Origin: a virus
Taxonomy: Duplodnaviria > Caudoviricetes
Virus record (IMG/VR): IMGVR_UViG_3300010366_000051
Coordinates: 1-28,006 of that record
Reading direction: 5' to 3' (one strand)
DNA: 28,006 nucleotides
Shown here piece after piece: positions 25,869 through 28,006 of this stretch. Each line of letters opens with the position of its first letter. Position 1 is the first letter of the stretch. The notes under the pieces are model-generated. The model worked only from the letters and a program-made list of their open reading frames with translations, had not been told where the DNA came from and made no database searches. The position numbers were made by a program, and so were the translations under genes.

Positions 25869-26080
25869 AAGCGCCCCCGCTCCCCCGCACGGTCTTCGTG
25901 CGCGTCGTGTTGAACGGCGACGGCTCGTTCTGGTTCGCCGCCGAGCCCACGCTCGCCGAGGCCGTCCCCGACGAGGCCGGCGCGCACACCATCGGCATCT
26001 ACACGCTCACGCGCGTGGAACGGTACGAGAAAACGGTGACGGTCAGCCCCAGCGAGGACCCCCATGAGCCGACTCGATGA
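25865..26080 (+). CDS. Hypothetical protein
   Basis: GGAGG RBS, ATGA overlap. Confidence 0.65.
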   Translation: MKAPPLPRTVFVRVVLNGDGSFWFAAEPTLAEAVPDEAGAHTIGIYTLTRVERYEKTVTVSPSEDPHEPTR

Positions 26081-27446
26081 CATTTACACCGAAATGGACG
26101 CCCACACGGCGGCGCTCACGGCGCTCACCGCGGAAGCGCGGACGCTCTCCGGCACCGACGGCGGGGACGGCGGCGGCCCGGTCACGGTCACGACCGGGCC
26201 CGAGCTCGCGGCGGCGCTGCTCGCCGGCGGCGCCATTACGGCCGCGCCGGGCCTCTATGTCGGCAACTTTGTCGTGAGCCAACCGACGCACCTGCAGCTC
26301 GACGACGGCGCGATCCTCCGGCCGCGCGATCGCCGCGAACCGGTGCTGCGGGTGCGCGCGAACGACGTCGAGATCGTCGGCGGCACCATCCAGAACGGCG
26401 AGCCCGACCGCGAGGTCCTCGTGGTCGGCGATCTCGAGGCGACCGACGCCGCCGCGCAACCGCACCACGTCGTGCTGCGGCTGCTGACGATCGAGGCCGG
26501 GCCCGCGGGCGGCCATCGGGCCGTCGCGCTGCACGGCGTCGACCTCACCGTGGAAGACTGCGAGATCCTCGGCTTCTTCGAGATCGGGCGCGAATCGCAA
26601 GGCGTCTGGATTCTGAACGGGCCCGGGCCCTACACGATCCGCCGGAACTACATCGAGGCGAGCGGCGAGTGCATCATGGTGGGCGGATCGACCGTCCACA
26701 TTCCCGACTGTATTCCGTCCGACATCCTGATCACCGAGAACCTCTGCGTCAAACCCGCCGCGTGGGAAACGCTGCAGCCGTCCCCCGTGATCAAAAACGC
26801 GATCGAATTAAAGCTCGGGCGCCGCGTCGAGATCACGCACAACACGTGCGACGGCAACTGGGACGCCGGCCAGGACGGGAGCGTCATTCTCGTCACCGTG
26901 CGGAATCAAGACGGCGACTGTCCGTGGGCGGCGATCGACGACGTCACGATTGTCGGGAACACCACGAAACGGTGCCCGAAAGGGTTCGCGGTGAATGTCC
27001 TCGGCCAGGACGACCGCGGCGCGGCCTATCCCTCCGCGCAGCTGCGGACGCTGACGATCGCGCACAACCTCTTCACCGATTCCCCGAACGGCGTGCGGAT
27101 CATCAACGGCGTCGCCGACGCGCTCACGATCGAGAACAACACGTGGCCGGTGGTCGCGGGGAATTTTTTGCAGTTCGGGGACACGCGCGCGACGATCGTC
27201 CGCTCACCGCTGACGTTTGCGGACAACGTCACGCCGCAAGGCGCCTACGGCGTGAGCGCGGACGGCGTGGCGCCCGGGACGCCGACCCTCGACCAGTTCT
27301 GCACGATCGTCACCTTCACGGGCAACTACCTCGAGACGCACCCGGATCGCGTCGTGCCGCTGCCGGGCGACAACACGTGGTTCGACGACTTGCCGATCGA
27401 TCCGGTGACGTTCAAGGTCACCGACGGATCGGGGAAAGGCTACTGA
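26064..27446 (+). CDS. Right-handed parallel beta-helix (pectin-lyase-like) protein
   Basis: Repeating TI.NN/EN/HN rungs (YTIRRNYIEASGE, ILITENL, VEITHNT, TIAHNLF, TIENNT); KNAIELK motif. Confidence 0.8.
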   Translation: MSRLDDIYTEMDAHTAALTALTAEARTLSGTDGGDGGGPVTVTTGPELAAALLAGGAITAAPGLYVGNFVVSQPTHLQLDDGAILRPRDRREPVLRVRANDVEIVGGTIQNGEPDREVLVVGDLEATDAAAQPHHVVLRLLTIEAGPAGGHRAVALHGVDLTVEDCEILGFFEIGRESQGVWILNGPGPYTIRRNYIEASGECIMVGGSTVHIPDCIPSDILITENLCVKPAAWETLQPSPVIKNAIELKLGRRVEITHNTCDGNWDAGQDGSVILVTVRNQDGDCPWAAIDDVTIVGNTTKRCPKGFAVNVLGQDDRGAAYPSAQLRTLTIAHNLFTDSPNGVRIINGVADALTIENNTWPVVAGNFLQFGDTRATIVRSPLTFADNVTPQGAYGVSADGVAPGTPTLDQFCTIVTFTGNYLETHPDRVVPLPGDNTWFDDLPIDPVTFKVTDGSGKGY

Positions 27447-27447
27447 A

Positions 27448-28006
27448 ATGCCCCTCCTCAATGGCCGCGGCGACGTCCTCGGCGGCGTGGGCGGGCACCA
27501 GGGATCGCGCAACGGCGTCGCGTTCCCCTTCCCCACCTTCGGCGGCGGGTGCTGGCTCGACGACGACACGATCCTCGTCTCGATTCCGGCGGCGACCCCG
27601 GCCGGGGCGGTGCTCGCGACGTGGCGCCCCGCGAGCGGCACGCAGAGCGCGACCCCGCTGCCCGACGGCCTCGGCGCGAATGACTGGGCGGCCGGCGGCG
27701 GCCGGTGGGTCGCCTGGCTCGCGGGGCACGGCGTCTTCGGGTCGCTCGGCCATCTCCCGGCGGCCGGCCTCCCGAACTCCGGCGATCCGCGCGCCCGCTT
27801 GTGTGTCGCCCCGGACGGCACGATCGCGCTGATTCCCGATCGGCAGCAGGGCTATGGCCTGCAGCTGGTCGATCCCGACGGCCTGGTGCACGAGATCGCC
27901 AACATCTGGGCGCTCGCCCAACAGACGGTCGGGCGCGGGCAGGCCATCTGGGCGGGCGGCGCGGTCGGTACGCCGGTCCCCAGGCCCGCGCCCGCCGATG
28001 CGCAGA
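27448..28006 (+). CDS. Hypothetical beta-rich (propeller-like) protein, 3'-truncated
   Basis: ATG 1 nt after previous stop; frame open to window end (MPLLNGRGDVLGG...WLDDDTIL...CVAPDGTIAL). Confidence 0.7.
   Translation, partial: MPLLNGRGDVLGGVGGHQGSRNGVAFPFPTFGGGCWLDDDTILVSIPAATPAGAVLATWRPASGTQSATPLPDGLGANDWAAGGGRWVAWLAGHGVFGSLGHLPAAGLPNSGDPRARLCVAPDGTIALIPDRQQGYGLQLVDPDGLVHEIANIWALAQQTVGRGQAIWAGGAVGTPVPRPAPADAQ

Larger units (their letters stand above)
1..28006. mobile_element. Temperate siphophage genome segment (head-tail-integration-immunity-replication modules), apparently excised/free form
   Basis: Continuous phage gene order with ATGA/TGATG overlaps; no host housekeeping genes; phage genes on both sides of the att-like region. 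Confidence 0.95.

Overview
The whole window is a GC-rich temperate siphophage in its non-integrated (attP-intact) arrangement. Left to right: (1) a late operon on the + strand with an S49 head protease (5'-truncated), an HK97-fold major capsid protein, neck genes, tail tube, a frameshifted tail-chaperone pair, tape measure, two large tail-tip/fibre proteins and small membrane/holin-like genes; (2) an attP-like region, tyrosine integrase and a divergent repressor/Cro switch; (3) an early operon with a replication initiator, an HTH_17 protein, a Dam-type methylase, small ORFs, a beta-helix protein and a 3'-truncated ORF. Four features stand out. A second, diverged HK97 capsid gene lacks the scaffold domain, keeps the K/N/E cross-linking residues and is coupled into the neck module. 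A Cys-rich tail-fibre-like protein starts with an apparent Sec signal peptide, as do its neighbours. An oriC-like DnaA-box array with iterons sits inside the replication gene. An XerCD dif-like site is present even though the phage has its own integrase. All function calls come from motif recognition by eye, with no database searches. No tRNA, rRNA, CRISPR array or endolysin was recognised.
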